Shown here: positions 39,699 through 49,865 of the stretch, piece after piece
How positions within the stretch are numbered: the first letter of the stretch is position 1
How the letters are laid out: each line of letters begins with the position of its first letter
Origin: Oligoflexia bacterium
GTDB lineage: Bacteria; Bdellovibrionota; UBA1018
Direction: 5' to 3'
DNA: 64,000 bases
Assembly: GCA_963758495.1 (NCBI GenBank)
Contig: CAVWVI010000003.1
Coordinates: forward strand, 96,001-160,000
Notes under the pieces: generated by a model
Database searches by the model: none
Seen by the model: the letters and a program-made list of their open reading frames with translations, nothing else
What the model was told of the DNA's origin: nothing
Program-made: the position numbers and the translations under genes

Positions 39699-40793
39699 TT
39701 ACTTTGATTCAATCGGTAAACAACCCGCCTGAATCAAAGGCTCTAAAACTGAGCGAAGTTCGCTTTGCTGTGGTTTAGAGAATGATTCTGGATTAAGTTT
39801 TTTCAGTGCCGTTAGAAATCGAGGTACGTTGAAGTCACATTTCTTAAAAAGTACTTCGAAATCCTCTAACCCTGAGTTGTAGGTTTTATACTGAATTAAA
39901 GTCGCATTATTAATATCGCGCTTAAATTTTAAATCAGATTTTAACGTAAATAAAATTTTATTTTTGGCTGCTAATTTTTCAGAATCCATTTCATCTGAAG
40001 AATAGTGTTTCAATAACTCTTCATAAGCCTCATGGAGACGTAATTCTATTTTTTCACCCCTTTGCTCAGCCTCCTTATAAGCGATTTTTTCTGAAGATGA
40101 AGGCCCTCGCCTTTGATCCAAGTAAGCAAGAGTGAGATGATGAGCGATAAAGCTTGCAATACTTTCATTAAAAAAAGCCTGGGTTTTAATATAAATCGTG
40201 GCATGCACTGACTCATGAATGACCACATTCACTAAATCACCCAAACTTTCGTCACCATCCGAAATCATCGTAGAAAGAACCGCATCCCTAAACCACCCAA
40301 GAGTTGAATAGGCACTCGCCCCTCTCAAGTCTACATCCCAGCCTTCTTTTCTAAGATCTTCTGCAAATTGTTTTGCGGAAGCCAAATCAAACCAACCCAG
40401 ATAGGGAAATGATCCCACAAAAGGGAAACTCCATTCTTTGGACTTAAAATGAAGGGGTTCACAAGCACTCACCACATAAACTGCCGCATTGCGATTAAGT
40501 TTAACATACTCTGTATAATTGGCGGTCGGCGTGAGTCCATTCTGTTCTCCATACTTTTTGATACTAGGAATCTCACCTAAAAGTGATTTGATTCGAGGAG
40601 GTGTTCGCTCATCTTTCAGAACTTCAGAAATAGGTTGTGCATGAGTAAATAGGGAGAGTTGGCCCTGGCCAGCTTGCAACAGATATCGAACACTACCACA
40701 ACCCGTCATCAGCCCACTGCAAAGCGAACAGTAAAACAAGATGCTTGCTGTTTGGAGTCTGGCCTGAGCACTGGTCCAAGTATTGGCTCGAAT
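39699..40793 (-). CDS. Zinc aminopeptidase-like lipoprotein (start uncertain)
   Basis: LMTGC lipobox, YLLQAGQGQ, AYSTLGWFRD, HESVH...FNES; track start 41261 overlaps the neighbouring gene and is unlikely. Confidence 0.8.
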   Translation of the reverse strand: MRANTWTSAQARLQTASILFYCSLCSGLMTGCGSVRYLLQAGQGQLSLFTHAQPISEVLKDERTPPRIKSLLGEIPSIKKYGEQNGLTPTANYTEYVKLNRNAAVYVVSACEPLHFKSKEWSFPFVGSFPYLGWFDLASAKQFAEDLRKEGWDVDLRGASAYSTLGWFRDAVLSTMISDGDESLGDLVNVVIHESVHATIYIKTQAFFNESIASFIAHHLTLAYLDQRRGPSSSEKIAYKEAEQRGEKIELRLHEAYEELLKHYSSDEMDSEKLAAKNKILFTLKSDLKFKRDINNATLIQYKTYNSGLEDFEVLFKKCDFNVPRFLTALKKLNPESFSKPQQSELRSVLEPLIQAGCLPIESK

Positions 40794-40806
40794 ACTAGCC
40801 TGATCC

Positions 40807-41364
40807 CTAGAGGTAAATGGAAATACCGCCATTAATCGAGAAATTATTGCTCCAAGTTGAAATATTGCCGCCCGTGAGATAGGTAACGCCTTCTGTCCGA
40901 AGTGCAAACGAATCAAAAATGAAGATTTTAAGACCTGCACCCAAAAGCACCGTAAGCGAGTCATAAATCGCCGGAGGCGCCGCTCCCGTCGCGTAGGTTC
41001 CTGTTGCTTCTCGGTTGAGTTGACCGACTCCCATTTTAACGTAGGGCTGAAATCCAGATTTTTTTGATGTAAGTGCCTGGACCCAGTCCAGAGTGTAAAC
41101 CTGATCATGAAATGTCGTGTCCTCAACCTGATCAATATTGGTTCTATATAAGACATCTTGAACTGAAAATTCAATCTCGGACAAAGTAAAAAAGTGATAT
41201 CCAACTGAAACACCCCATCTACGGGTCCATTGAAAATTCGAGTCACCATAGTTGCTTTCACTAAATGAAAAGCTGCCGGAGATCTCTAGAACGCCCGCTT
41301 GAGCTTGCCACGAAAAATAAGAACTCACTGCAAATAACGTTAAAGTTAAAATTAAATTCTTCAT
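40807..41364 (-). CDS. Outer-membrane beta-barrel protein
   Basis: Signal peptide MKNLILTL...AQA; amphipathic strands; C-terminal ISIYL. Confidence 0.8.
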   Translation of the reverse strand: MKNLILTLTLFAVSSYFSWQAQAGVLEISGSFSFSESNYGDSNFQWTRRWGVSVGYHFFTLSEIEFSVQDVLYRTNIDQVEDTTFHDQVYTLDWVQALTSKKSGFQPYVKMGVGQLNREATGTYATGAAPPAIYDSLTVLLGAGLKIFIFDSFALRTEGVTYLTGGNISTWSNNFSINGGISIYL

Positions 41365-41398
41365 AGCCTTTCCTACAACTCTTCTGGACCCCCTGACG

Positions 41399-42499
41399 CT
41401 ATTCGACACGAATTTGAGATAATTCCTCCATCAAGTGTTTCTTTTCGACTTCTTCCTGTTTTTGAAGCTTTTTATTTAATTTTTCAGCAGGGTCTAAGAC
41501 TTCAACTCGGATGCGCTGCGATTTTCCGTAAAATTTATCCGGGTACAAAATTTTCTCACCTACTTGTTGTCCCCCCGCCATTTTTGTAACCCAGTAGGAA
41601 TGAAGCATCTGATCTTCTTTTTCCGGCATATGGCGTAAATAACTTCCGGTCTTCTCCTTCGCAGGTTTACGAGAAGGATCATCTTTCTCCTCGGGCTCGG
41701 CGTCGTCAACAGGCAGGTCTCGTGGATGCTCTGGGAAGGTTCTCCCCTGGCGCCTAAGTACGGCTCGTATCGCTTCGATTCGATCGTTTTCTGGAACTCC
41801 AAGTTCATTCAATTTTGGTTTTAAAGAAGAAACAGAAATGGCGCTCGGCAATGCCGGAATGACACGTAAGAGTTTAAAATTTAAACTGGTTTCTTCACCC
41901 GCTTGAATTTTAACTTTTCGATTCGTTTCAAATCGATTTTCTAGGGTTGCCGAATTTTGAAGTGCAATGAGCTGGGTCTCTTCATGAGCTTGATTTAAAA
42001 GAAGAATGACTTTTGTATTTTTTAATCGTGCACGCCCTATGGAAGAAACGATTCGAAACTCTTCTTCACCATCTCCTACCTCAGCATAAATTTCGCCTCT
42101 ATAGAGAACAATGTGGTCTCCTTTAAAAAGAGGATCCGTTCTGAAATCTGGTAACTGAACAAAACTTTGCTTCGCCAGATGAATGCGAGGGCCGTTTTGA
42201 TGTCTGATTTCCGCCCACCCCTGATTTACAGATACCCAACTTCCACAAGGAAGATTTGCTCTTGAAGTTGCAGTAATGAGATGAGTTCGATTAGCATCCA
42301 GTATTTGCACATCCCCCGTAAAGGCTTCTAAAACTCCACAAGGGACTGCGGGTCGAACACTTGAAGGAACTTCGGAGGACTTATCCTCTGCACAACTTCC
42401 CGAAGAAATTTTAAGAAAATTCAAAATGAAGAGTAAAATAACTGGCAAAATAATGAAGCGAGCGCTAGAGTTCCGAAGCAGTTGCATTCTGCACCTCAC
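41399..42499 (-). CDS. FecR-like domain exported protein
   Basis: N-terminal hydrophobic segment; FTGDVQI...LYRGEIYA FecR-like beta pattern. Confidence 0.6.
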   Translation of the reverse strand: MRCRMQLLRNSSARFIILPVILLFILNFLKISSGSCAEDKSSEVPSSVRPAVPCGVLEAFTGDVQILDANRTHLITATSRANLPCGSWVSVNQGWAEIRHQNGPRIHLAKQSFVQLPDFRTDPLFKGDHIVLYRGEIYAEVGDGEEEFRIVSSIGRARLKNTKVILLLNQAHEETQLIALQNSATLENRFETNRKVKIQAGEETSLNFKLLRVIPALPSAISVSSLKPKLNELGVPENDRIEAIRAVLRRQGRTFPEHPRDLPVDDAEPEEKDDPSRKPAKEKTGSYLRHMPEKEDQMLHSYWVTKMAGGQQVGEKILYPDKFYGKSQRIRVEVLDPAEKLNKKLQKQEEVEKKHLMEELSQIRVE

Positions 42500-43313
42500 G
42501 CGTATTCACCCACCGTGCTTCAATTGAGTGAGGATGATGATCCACAAGTTCTTTAAGCCAAAACTGAGTCTTGATTTCTTTATGCAGACGTCTTGCAACT
42601 AATGCATTCCATAGCCGCGCTTGCGCTTGGTATTGAATCGTATCTGGACGTTCGGGCGCCTTGAGCACTTCATCAAAGTAGGCATTCGCCAAAACAAAAT
42701 TATCAATACGATACCAAGCGATTCCTGTAATAAGGAAATTCTTTGCGGTTCTGTACACCTCATTTTCTTCTAACCCTGTGAGTGAAGTAAAAATAACCGC
42801 CGCTTTTTCATCTTCATTGGCCTGGAGATAAGCTTCCCCCAACGAATAAAGTTGAGAAGGAAGAAGCTGCAAAGGTAATTTATATTTAATTCCTGCTAAA
42901 GTCCTACCTACCTTCGCTCCTGTTTCCTCGCTTAATTTCATTTCATATTTTTCAGTAGATTTTTCTCCCTTTTGAACGAGATTATCGAATCGAAGGGCCT
43001 CTAAAGTTAATTTTAAGTGTGCGTTTTCTAATTGTAATTTTTCATTTTCCTCGTAAGCATGCCGGAGTTCATCAGCCTTTTGCTGAACACGCGCCCAAGC
43101 CCCACTATAAGTCTCTATAAGATTTGAAATCGACCATCGACTCGCTAATGTATGAGCGACGAATCGACCATGATGCCCCACAGTAGGCATCAATTTAGGC
43201 AATAGAAACAAGGCTATTGGCAAGCTCACACCGGCTAATATCAACAGAGAAGGCATTCGTTTAATAATCGGACTTTTTGGATTCATCCCAATGCTCTGAT
43301 CGGAATTGTCCAA
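42465..43313 (-). CDS. Membrane-anchored coiled-coil/TPR protein
   Basis: TM, coiled coil, TPR-like helices ending LVDHHPHSIEA. Confidence 0.65.
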   Translation of the reverse strand: MDNSDQSIGMNPKSPIIKRMPSLLILAGVSLPIALFLLPKLMPTVGHHGRFVAHTLASRWSISNLIETYSGAWARVQQKADELRHAYEENEKLQLENAHLKLTLEALRFDNLVQKGEKSTEKYEMKLSEETGAKVGRTLAGIKYKLPLQLLPSQLYSLGEAYLQANEDEKAAVIFTSLTGLEENEVYRTAKNFLITGIAWYRIDNFVLANAYFDEVLKAPERPDTIQYQAQARLWNALVARRLHKEIKTQFWLKELVDHHPHSIEARWVNTREVQNATASEL

Positions 43314-43384
43314 TAAAACTTAAGGCTGATCCCTCCTCTTTCCTCCTTTTTCATGGTACATTAAGTCAAAAGAGGCCATGAACG

Positions 43385-45151
43385 ATGGAACGTTTTGCAA
43401 AACTAGCGACACAAGCTCTCAATCAAGTTTTAGAATCTCCTATTCAGGTTACGGACTTAGAGATCCCACCTGATTCTAAGCTAGGAGACTTCGCGTTTCC
43501 TTGTTTTAAACTTTCCAAACAATTCAAAAAATCACCCGCCCAAGTTTCTCAGCAAATCGTTTCAGATTTAAATACAAAAGAAGCAATTCCTCAGGGGTTT
43601 TCTGTAGCCTCCGTGGGTCCTTACGTCAACTTCACGGTTCCCCCACAAAATGTGTTCAAGTCTTTATTAGGAGACATCTTAGCCGGAGAACAGCTTGGCA
43701 ACTATGGCAGCTTGACTGCCCAAACGCGTGGGACTTGGGTACTTGAATACAGCTCTCCTAATGTCGCGAAGCCTTTAAATATTTATCATTTGAGACCCAC
43801 CGCCCTGGGCGCTGCGTTAGACCGTATTGGGCGGTACCGAGGCTATTCCGTTATTTCTATCAATCACTTAGGAGATTGGGGGAAGCAATATGGGATGCTC
43901 ACTGTAGCATTTAGAATCTTCGGTAAGACTCTGGAGAGTGATCTCTCTTTGATGGACTTAGTTGATTTGTATGTGAAGATCAATGCGCTTGCTGAGAAGG
44001 ACCCTCAAATCGAAGAAGAAGCCAAACAAGCCTTTTTGAAACTCGAACAAGGCGATCCCGCCATTACGGCTCTCTGGCAAAAATGTGTGGATATTTCGAT
44101 CCGAGAATTTAACAAAAACTATAATCGACTGGGTGTACACTTTGATCATATCTGGGGTGAGAGCTTCTATAAAGAGCAACTCAATCCTCTCTTAGAAGAT
44201 TTGCGAAAAAGAGGACTCTTAGTCGAAAGTGAAGGTGCTCAAGTCGTTCCTGTTACCGATGAAGAAGGGAAAGAGCTTCCGCCGTGTATTTTGCAAAAAA
44301 GTGATGGTGCCACGATCTATGCCACTCGCGATGTCGCTGCAGCAATCTACCGTTACAATCAATTCCACTTTGATCGAATGACCTACATTGTAGGGGGCGA
44401 GCAAAGACTGCATTTCAAACAAGTTTTTGGAGTGCTTAAAAAAATGGATTTAAAATGGGTCGATCGATGCGAACATGTTCCATCAGGTCTTTATCGATTT
44501 AAAGATTCAAAGATGTCGACTCGAAAAGGGAACTTCATTACTTTGGAAGAGGTTTTAGGTCTGGCAAAGGAACGAGTCACAACGCTCATGCTCGACCGAG
44601 AAAAAGCAAGACCTTCGAACCACACTGCCGAAAAACCTGATCCAAGTGAATTCGAAAAGATCACAGAGGCGGTTGCGGTGGGTGCTGTTGTCTTTCACGA
44701 TCTCCACACTGATCCTGCACGAGATGTGGAATTTGACTTAGAACGAGTTGTTGATTTCGAAGGGGAAACGGGGCCCTATTTACAATATGCGCATACCCGC
44801 TGCCTCAGTATTTTAAGAAAGGCGCAAGACTCTCAGGAACTTAAAAATGAAGTTCAATATATTGAAAATCTAGTTCAGCATTTGAAATCTCCTGAGGAAT
44901 TGAACTTACTAAAAACCTTAGGGCAATTCCCTCTTCATTTAGAGAGAACCCTTAAATTTGCGAAAGCGAGTCAGCTTGCGCATTATTTAATTGATGTGAC
45001 GAAAGCTTTTGGCTCATTTTATCGTGAATGCCAAGTGCTCGGAAATGCTCCTGAACTCACCCAAGCGCGACTCATGTTAGTCGAAGCAACTCGACGTATT
45101 TTAGCGAGAGGTCTGAGTTTGCTAGGAATTCCTCTTCCATCACGAATGTAG
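43385..45151 (+). CDS. argS: Arginyl-tRNA synthetase
   Basis: EYSSPNVAKP, NHLGDWGKQ, KMSTRKG, GPYLQYAHTR. Confidence 0.97.
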   Translation: MERFAKLATQALNQVLESPIQVTDLEIPPDSKLGDFAFPCFKLSKQFKKSPAQVSQQIVSDLNTKEAIPQGFSVASVGPYVNFTVPPQNVFKSLLGDILAGEQLGNYGSLTAQTRGTWVLEYSSPNVAKPLNIYHLRPTALGAALDRIGRYRGYSVISINHLGDWGKQYGMLTVAFRIFGKTLESDLSLMDLVDLYVKINALAEKDPQIEEEAKQAFLKLEQGDPAITALWQKCVDISIREFNKNYNRLGVHFDHIWGESFYKEQLNPLLEDLRKRGLLVESEGAQVVPVTDEEGKELPPCILQKSDGATIYATRDVAAAIYRYNQFHFDRMTYIVGGEQRLHFKQVFGVLKKMDLKWVDRCEHVPSGLYRFKDSKMSTRKGNFITLEEVLGLAKERVTTLMLDREKARPSNHTAEKPDPSEFEKITEAVAVGAVVFHDLHTDPARDVEFDLERVVDFEGETGPYLQYAHTRCLSILRKAQDSQELKNEVQYIENLVQHLKSPEELNLLKTLGQFPLHLERTLKFAKASQLAHYLIDVTKAFGSFYRECQVLGNAPELTQARLMLVEATRRILARGLSLLGIPLPSRM

Positions 45152-45168
45152 TTCAAATCATAGCGGTT

Positions 45169-46299
45169 TTAATTTTGAAAAATTTTATGAGGATTATGCT
45201 CCCCAACCCACTGCCTCAATTCACAGCGAGATTTTCCGTCTTTAATCCGAATATAAGCAAATGTTAAACAGAACTGTTGCCCTAAACTCCGCCAATCCAG
45301 ATTAATCATTTTTGTCCAAGTTCCAGTGTTGATATATTGCTTCCCATCTGGGTAGACTTTATTCATAGGTTTGTGTGTATGCCCAAAAATCACAGTTCGG
45401 ACTTCCGCTTCCTGATCCAGCAACTTACGCGCTTGCCTCTCTAAATCTAACAAAAAATCGGTTTCCTGCTTGAGAATTTCCGCAGTGACCTTAAGACTCG
45501 AATGACGTCTAGGACTATAAACAAACCGGGTTTTTAAGAAATAAAAAATCGATAAAGCCGCAAATTTAATAGTAAACCAAGGATCGAATATCATTCCAAA
45601 CAATACAAAGACTTTAACAGGACGTACTTTATCAATGAACTCCCGTTCCCATTTCAATCGGTTTAAAATTTTTAGAACGTAAAAACTTCCCCAGGGAATA
45701 TTGAGCACCGGCTTATCCAAATAACTTTTCAAAACAGGCATGTTAAAATTTAAAACATGCACTGCTTCGAACTGATTCCCATGGTGAATTTCAACCCCCC
45801 CCTCATAACGAACTCGATCCCGGTCCGCAATCAGAATAACTTTATCGCTAGGGTACTGCCCATTCGGATCCCACTCACGAGTGATTCTTTCTCGTACCTT
45901 TGGAAAAAATAAATCAGCATCATGATTACCGATCAGGTAGGTAATTTTTCTATTGGGAATTGATACAAACCGCCTCAAGGCTTCCATGACCTCAGGATGA
46001 CCGGCGATAATAGCTTCCAGCTTAAACATAGAAAGCTCTTCGGTAATGGCATCCTCAAACTCCCCATGAAAAGGAACATTTAAAAAGTCCAAATAATCAC
46101 CATTGATAAATAACTCAATCTCACTCGGACTGTTCGTTGCCGTGGGCGAATACTCTCCCGTCGAAAAATAATCAAAGAAATCACACATTTCTTTGTCGAA
46201 TTTGAAATCTTCATGCACATTCAGCCGCCCTTCAAAAAAGCGCCCTGCTGAAAGATGACAATCACTAATGACTATTTTTAGTTTCTCTCGATCTGACAT
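45169..46299 (-). CDS. Metallophosphoesterase
   Basis: SDCH, NGDYLD, GNHD, HG, FGHTH, NTGTW. Confidence 0.88.
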   Translation of the reverse strand: MSDREKLKIVISDCHLSAGRFFEGRLNVHEDFKFDKEMCDFFDYFSTGEYSPTATNSPSEIELFINGDYLDFLNVPFHGEFEDAITEELSMFKLEAIIAGHPEVMEALRRFVSIPNRKITYLIGNHDADLFFPKVRERITREWDPNGQYPSDKVILIADRDRVRYEGGVEIHHGNQFEAVHVLNFNMPVLKSYLDKPVLNIPWGSFYVLKILNRLKWEREFIDKVRPVKVFVLFGMIFDPWFTIKFAALSIFYFLKTRFVYSPRRHSSLKVTAEILKQETDFLLDLERQARKLLDQEAEVRTVIFGHTHKPMNKVYPDGKQYINTGTWTKMINLDWRSLGQQFCLTFAYIRIKDGKSRCELRQWVGEHNPHKIFQN

Positions 46300-46471
46300 G
46301 ATTATTTTCAAGTATACCTCATATGAGGATTTCATCCAGTGGCGGTGACAAGTATCCTAGGTAATACTGACTGACTCTCCACGGACTTTCCCATTCAGCA
46401 TGAGGTGCCTACTTGATAAAAACGATTTGACTTTAAAGCAAAAATCCTTGAGAATGAAATCCGGTTAAATT

Positions 46472-46705
46472 ATGGCAGATCAAGATAAAAAGTGGGCAGA
46501 TAACGTTCCTGGGCAATACTTCGTGGATGAACAATGCATCGATTGTGATGCTTGCCGTACGGAAGCGCCTGATAATTTCACTCGTAATGACGAGCACGGC
46601 TATTCGTACGTATTCAAACAACCAGAAACCCCAGACGAAGAAGTCAAATGCAAAGCAGCATTGGAAGCTTGCCCTGTTGAAGCAATCGGGTCTACAAAAG
46701 CTTAA
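46472..46705 (+). CDS. Ferredoxin
   Basis: CIDCDAC...CPVEAI. Confidence 0.9.
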   Translation: MADQDKKWADNVPGQYFVDEQCIDCDACRTEAPDNFTRNDEHGYSYVFKQPETPDEEVKCKAALEACPVEAIGSTKA

Positions 46706-46799
46706 TGCGTAACTGATTCATCATTCAGTTCATTGAATAGATGAATAAAAGAGGGTGAACCCTTACCCAAAGGCCCCCCCCCCATCTAAATTACTCCTC

Positions 46800-47018
46800 T
46801 TACGATCCTACTTTAGCAAGTTCGGAAATGCCTTTTTTAATTGCTCTTTTAATTACTCCACCCCTTCGTCCAGAAGTAGACTTAGGAGCTGTCGTACTTG
46901 CAGTAGCACGTTTGCGCCGAGCTGGAGCTGTCTTAAGACCTGCACGCTTACGCCCAGATGCAGTTTTTGCAGCCGATTTCTTTGTAGTTCCACGAGATAA
47001 ACGTTTTTGAGTTGCCAT
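46800..47018 (-). CDS. Small K/R/A-rich basic protein
   Basis: RBS aaggag; composition suggests nucleic-acid binding. Confidence 0.65.
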   Translation of the reverse strand: MATQKRLSRGTTKKSAAKTASGRKRAGLKTAPARRKRATASTTAPKSTSGRRGGVIKRAIKKGISELAKVGS

Positions 47019-47140
47019 TTCGAGATCTCCTTTTCACAAAGAGTCACATTTGCAATCCATGGGCCGGCTCAAAAAAGTATTTTTACTTTGAGAAATGAAT
47101 CGTCCTTCACTCTCAAATCTTTGACTTTCCTATCAAAAAT

Positions 47141-48253
47141 TTAATTAAATTTCCCAATCTGAACGATCTGTGACGGATCGATTCCTTCATTCGCTAAAAT
47201 TGAAGTTTGTTGCGCTATCTTCCGAGCTAAATCTCGGAACAGAATGGAAACCTCAGACTGAGGGTCCCGAACTACTGCAGGACGACCTTCATCTCCACCT
47301 TCTCGCACACTTTGTACTATCGGAAGCTGCCCCAAAAGCTCTGTATTAAACTTCTTCGCTAGGAGTTTCCCGCCGTTTTCTCCAAATAAGAAATGGCGCT
47401 TTTCGCAACCATCACATTTAAAATAACTCATATTCTCGACCACACCCATGATCGGAATCCTCACTTTTTCGAACATATGAAATGCTTTTCTTACATCTTG
47501 CATGGATACTTCTTGCGGAGTAGTAACCAGCACAGCCCCCGTCACAGGCACAAGCTGAGCCAATGAAAGCTGAACATCACCTGTTCCAGGAGGCATATCT
47601 ACGATGAGATAATCTAAATGACCCCAATCCACTTTATGACAAAATTGGCTCACGACACTGTGAAGCATGGGCCCACGCCAAACCAAAGGCTGATCTCCTT
47701 GAATCAAAAAACCCATGGACATTACCTTTACTCCTTGGGCAACAGGAGGAACAAACACTTCACCCCGTTTAGGATCTTGATAAATCTTGGGTTGATCTGT
47801 CACTCCCATCATGGTGGGAATATTGGGGCCATACACATCAGCATCCATTAACCCAACACGGGCTCCTTCCATTGCAAGTGAAGTTGCAAGATTCACGGCA
47901 ACCGTGCTTTTACCAACCCCTCCTTTACCACTGGAGACCGCAATAATATGGCTTACACCTTCAATTTTAAGAGTTGGGTTATTACCCGATCGCTTAGCCC
48001 TCACTTCAGAATCTATTTTTAAATCTATTTCCTTTACGCCCGGAACCGACATCACAGCAGTACGACAATCATTTTCAATTTTAGCTTTAAGGGGACAAGC
48101 AGGTGTGGTGAGTACTACCCTAAATGAAACATGCCCACTTTCTTTGACCACAAGATCTCGGATCATATTTAAAGTAACCAAATCTTGTTTCAGATCAGGG
48201 TCCTGAACGGTACGTAAAGCATTTAAAACAGAATCATGAGTAGGTTGTGCCAT
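47141..48253 (-). CDS. mrp: Mrp/ApbC Fe-S cluster carrier ATPase
   Basis: SGKGGVGKST, DADVYGP, WRGPM, DMPPGTGD, ENMS. Confidence 0.95.
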   Translation of the reverse strand: MAQPTHDSVLNALRTVQDPDLKQDLVTLNMIRDLVVKESGHVSFRVVLTTPACPLKAKIENDCRTAVMSVPGVKEIDLKIDSEVRAKRSGNNPTLKIEGVSHIIAVSSGKGGVGKSTVAVNLATSLAMEGARVGLMDADVYGPNIPTMMGVTDQPKIYQDPKRGEVFVPPVAQGVKVMSMGFLIQGDQPLVWRGPMLHSVVSQFCHKVDWGHLDYLIVDMPPGTGDVQLSLAQLVPVTGAVLVTTPQEVSMQDVRKAFHMFEKVRIPIMGVVENMSYFKCDGCEKRHFLFGENGGKLLAKKFNTELLGQLPIVQSVREGGDEGRPAVVRDPQSEVSILFRDLARKIAQQTSILANEGIDPSQIVQIGKFN

Positions 48254-48295
48254 ATGACCCTACTCCTACCAGAGCTTTACAAGGATTGAAATAGT

Positions 48296-48508
48296 TTAGG
48301 ACTCGTCCTTACTTTTAGCCTCTAAAATCTCTAAAATAGAGCATTCACACCCCCCACAACCGGTCGAGGCAAGGGTATCCTCCTGAATATCCTGAAGGGT
48401 TCGACTTCCGCTTTGAATTGAAGCCAAAATGTCAAATAAACAGACACCATGGCAAAAGCAAATCATTTGACTCGTATCGACTGCTGAATTTGTCATAAAA
48501 ATAAGCAC
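48296..48508 (-). CDS. BFD-like [2Fe-2S] protein
   Basis: ICFCHGV...TGCGGC. Confidence 0.82.
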   Translation of the reverse strand: MLIFMTNSAVDTSQMICFCHGVCLFDILASIQSGSRTLQDIQEDTLASTGCGGCECSILEILEAKSKDES

Positions 48509-48564
48509 TATTTATATCGTGGCTATAGGAAATTTTCCAGGTTTGATTTATACACGTCAAGTAT

Positions 48565-49158
48565 ATGGAACAAAAAGCAGTCCGATCTAGAATAACCAAA
48601 AATATTCGTTCTACACTTCAAGTCCTTGGAGAAGACATCCACCGAGAAGGCCTGGTGTCCACGCCCATGAGATATGCCAAAGCGATGGAATTTCTCACGA
48701 GCGGATATCATAAAGACATCGACCAAATCGTAGGAAATGCCTTATTTAACGAAAATTCGAACGAAATTGTCCTCATCAGGGACATTGAGATGTTTTCACT
48801 TTGTGAACATCATCTTCTGCCCTTTTATGGCAAAGCCCATGTCGCCTATATTCCGAATGGAAAAATCATCGGACTCTCCAAAGTTCCAAGAATCGTTGAT
48901 ATTTTTTCTCGCCGACTCCAAGTTCAAGAACGCCTCACCACTCAAATATCCGAAGAGCTGATGAGGATCTTAAACCCCCTGGGAGTAGCCGTAGTGATTG
49001 AAGCAAATCACCTTTGTATGATGATGCGAGGGGTAGAAAAGCAAAATAGCTATACGATCACCAGCTCCATGCAAGGAGCATTCAGAGACGACCCGACGAC
49101 GCGGAAAGAGCTATTCCATCTTTTAAATGGATTAGGCGGCGGTAGTCAGCGGCGGTAG
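48565..49158 (+). CDS. folE: GTP cyclohydrolase I
   Basis: [32 protein letters not shown]. Confidence 0.97.
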   Translation: MEQKAVRSRITKNIRSTLQVLGEDIHREGLVSTPMRYAKAMEFLTSGYHKDIDQIVGNALFNENSNEIVLIRDIEMFSLCEHHLLPFYGKAHVAYIPNGKIIGLSKVPRIVDIFSRRLQVQERLTTQISEELMRILNPLGVAVVIEANHLCMMMRGVEKQNSYTITSSMQGAFRDDPTTRKELFHLLNGLGGGSQRR

Positions 49159-49865
49159 TCAGCAACGACAGCCTGTGCGGTTGTGAGATCCAGATGATGA
49201 ACGGAGGGTTTGTCCTCACTCCCATCTACCATAAAATCAACGATCTCTGCTCCTAATTTTGTTCTCCAATTGGGGGCTAAACTGACTTGGTCTGCCAGAC
49301 GAGTCATGGTTTCAGGAGTAAACCCGCAGGGCGAAATGAGGTGAAAAGGCTTTAAATCATTGACACAATTGAGAGCCACACCGTGAAAGCTCACCCATTT
49401 TCGCACTGCAATTCCAATGGAAGCAATCTTTTGCGTCCCGATCCAAACTCCCGCGGCATTTTCTTTTCGACTGGCGGATAGCCCCTCAAGAGCAAGAATA
49501 TGGATCATTCCTTCTTCAAGCTTTCGAAGAAACCCAGCCACATCATGATCAGGGGCAAATCCTGAACCATCCAGCTTACAAATAGGATAAACAACGAGCT
49601 GTCCGGGACCATGGTAGGTCAAATCCCCTCCTCTTTCACTCTCTGCAAAACAGAGAGGACGAGGTAAGAATTGAGGAACAGGCATATGTTTAGGTCTAGA
49701 CACACCCGTGAACTGCAATCCCCGTCCACGAGTAATGACCGGCTCGTGTTCGAGCATCAACACTGTATCTGGAATCTGATCTCGAAAACGAAGCTCGACT
49801 AATTCAAGCTGTAAATTTCTAACATCTTCATAGGGAGTGAGCCCATTCAGCGACCAAAACTGCAT
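49146..49865 (-). CDS. lipB: Octanoyltransferase
   Basis: [33 protein letters not shown]. Confidence 0.95.
   Translation of the reverse strand: MQFWSLNGLTPYEDVRNLQLELVELRFRDQIPDTVLMLEHEPVITRGRGLQFTGVSRPKHMPVPQFLPRPLCFAESERGGDLTYHGPGQLVVYPICKLDGSGFAPDHDVAGFLRKLEEGMIHILALEGLSASRKENAAGVWIGTQKIASIGIAVRKWVSFHGVALNCVNDLKPFHLISPCGFTPETMTRLADQVSLAPNWRTKLGAEIVDFMVDGSEDKPSVHHLDLTTAQAVVADYRR

Noticed and set aside
40794..41261. Long N-terminal extension of the aminopeptidase overlapping the barrel gene
   Set aside because: Most likely a chance open frame; the lipobox and family motifs start downstream of the barrel gene stop.
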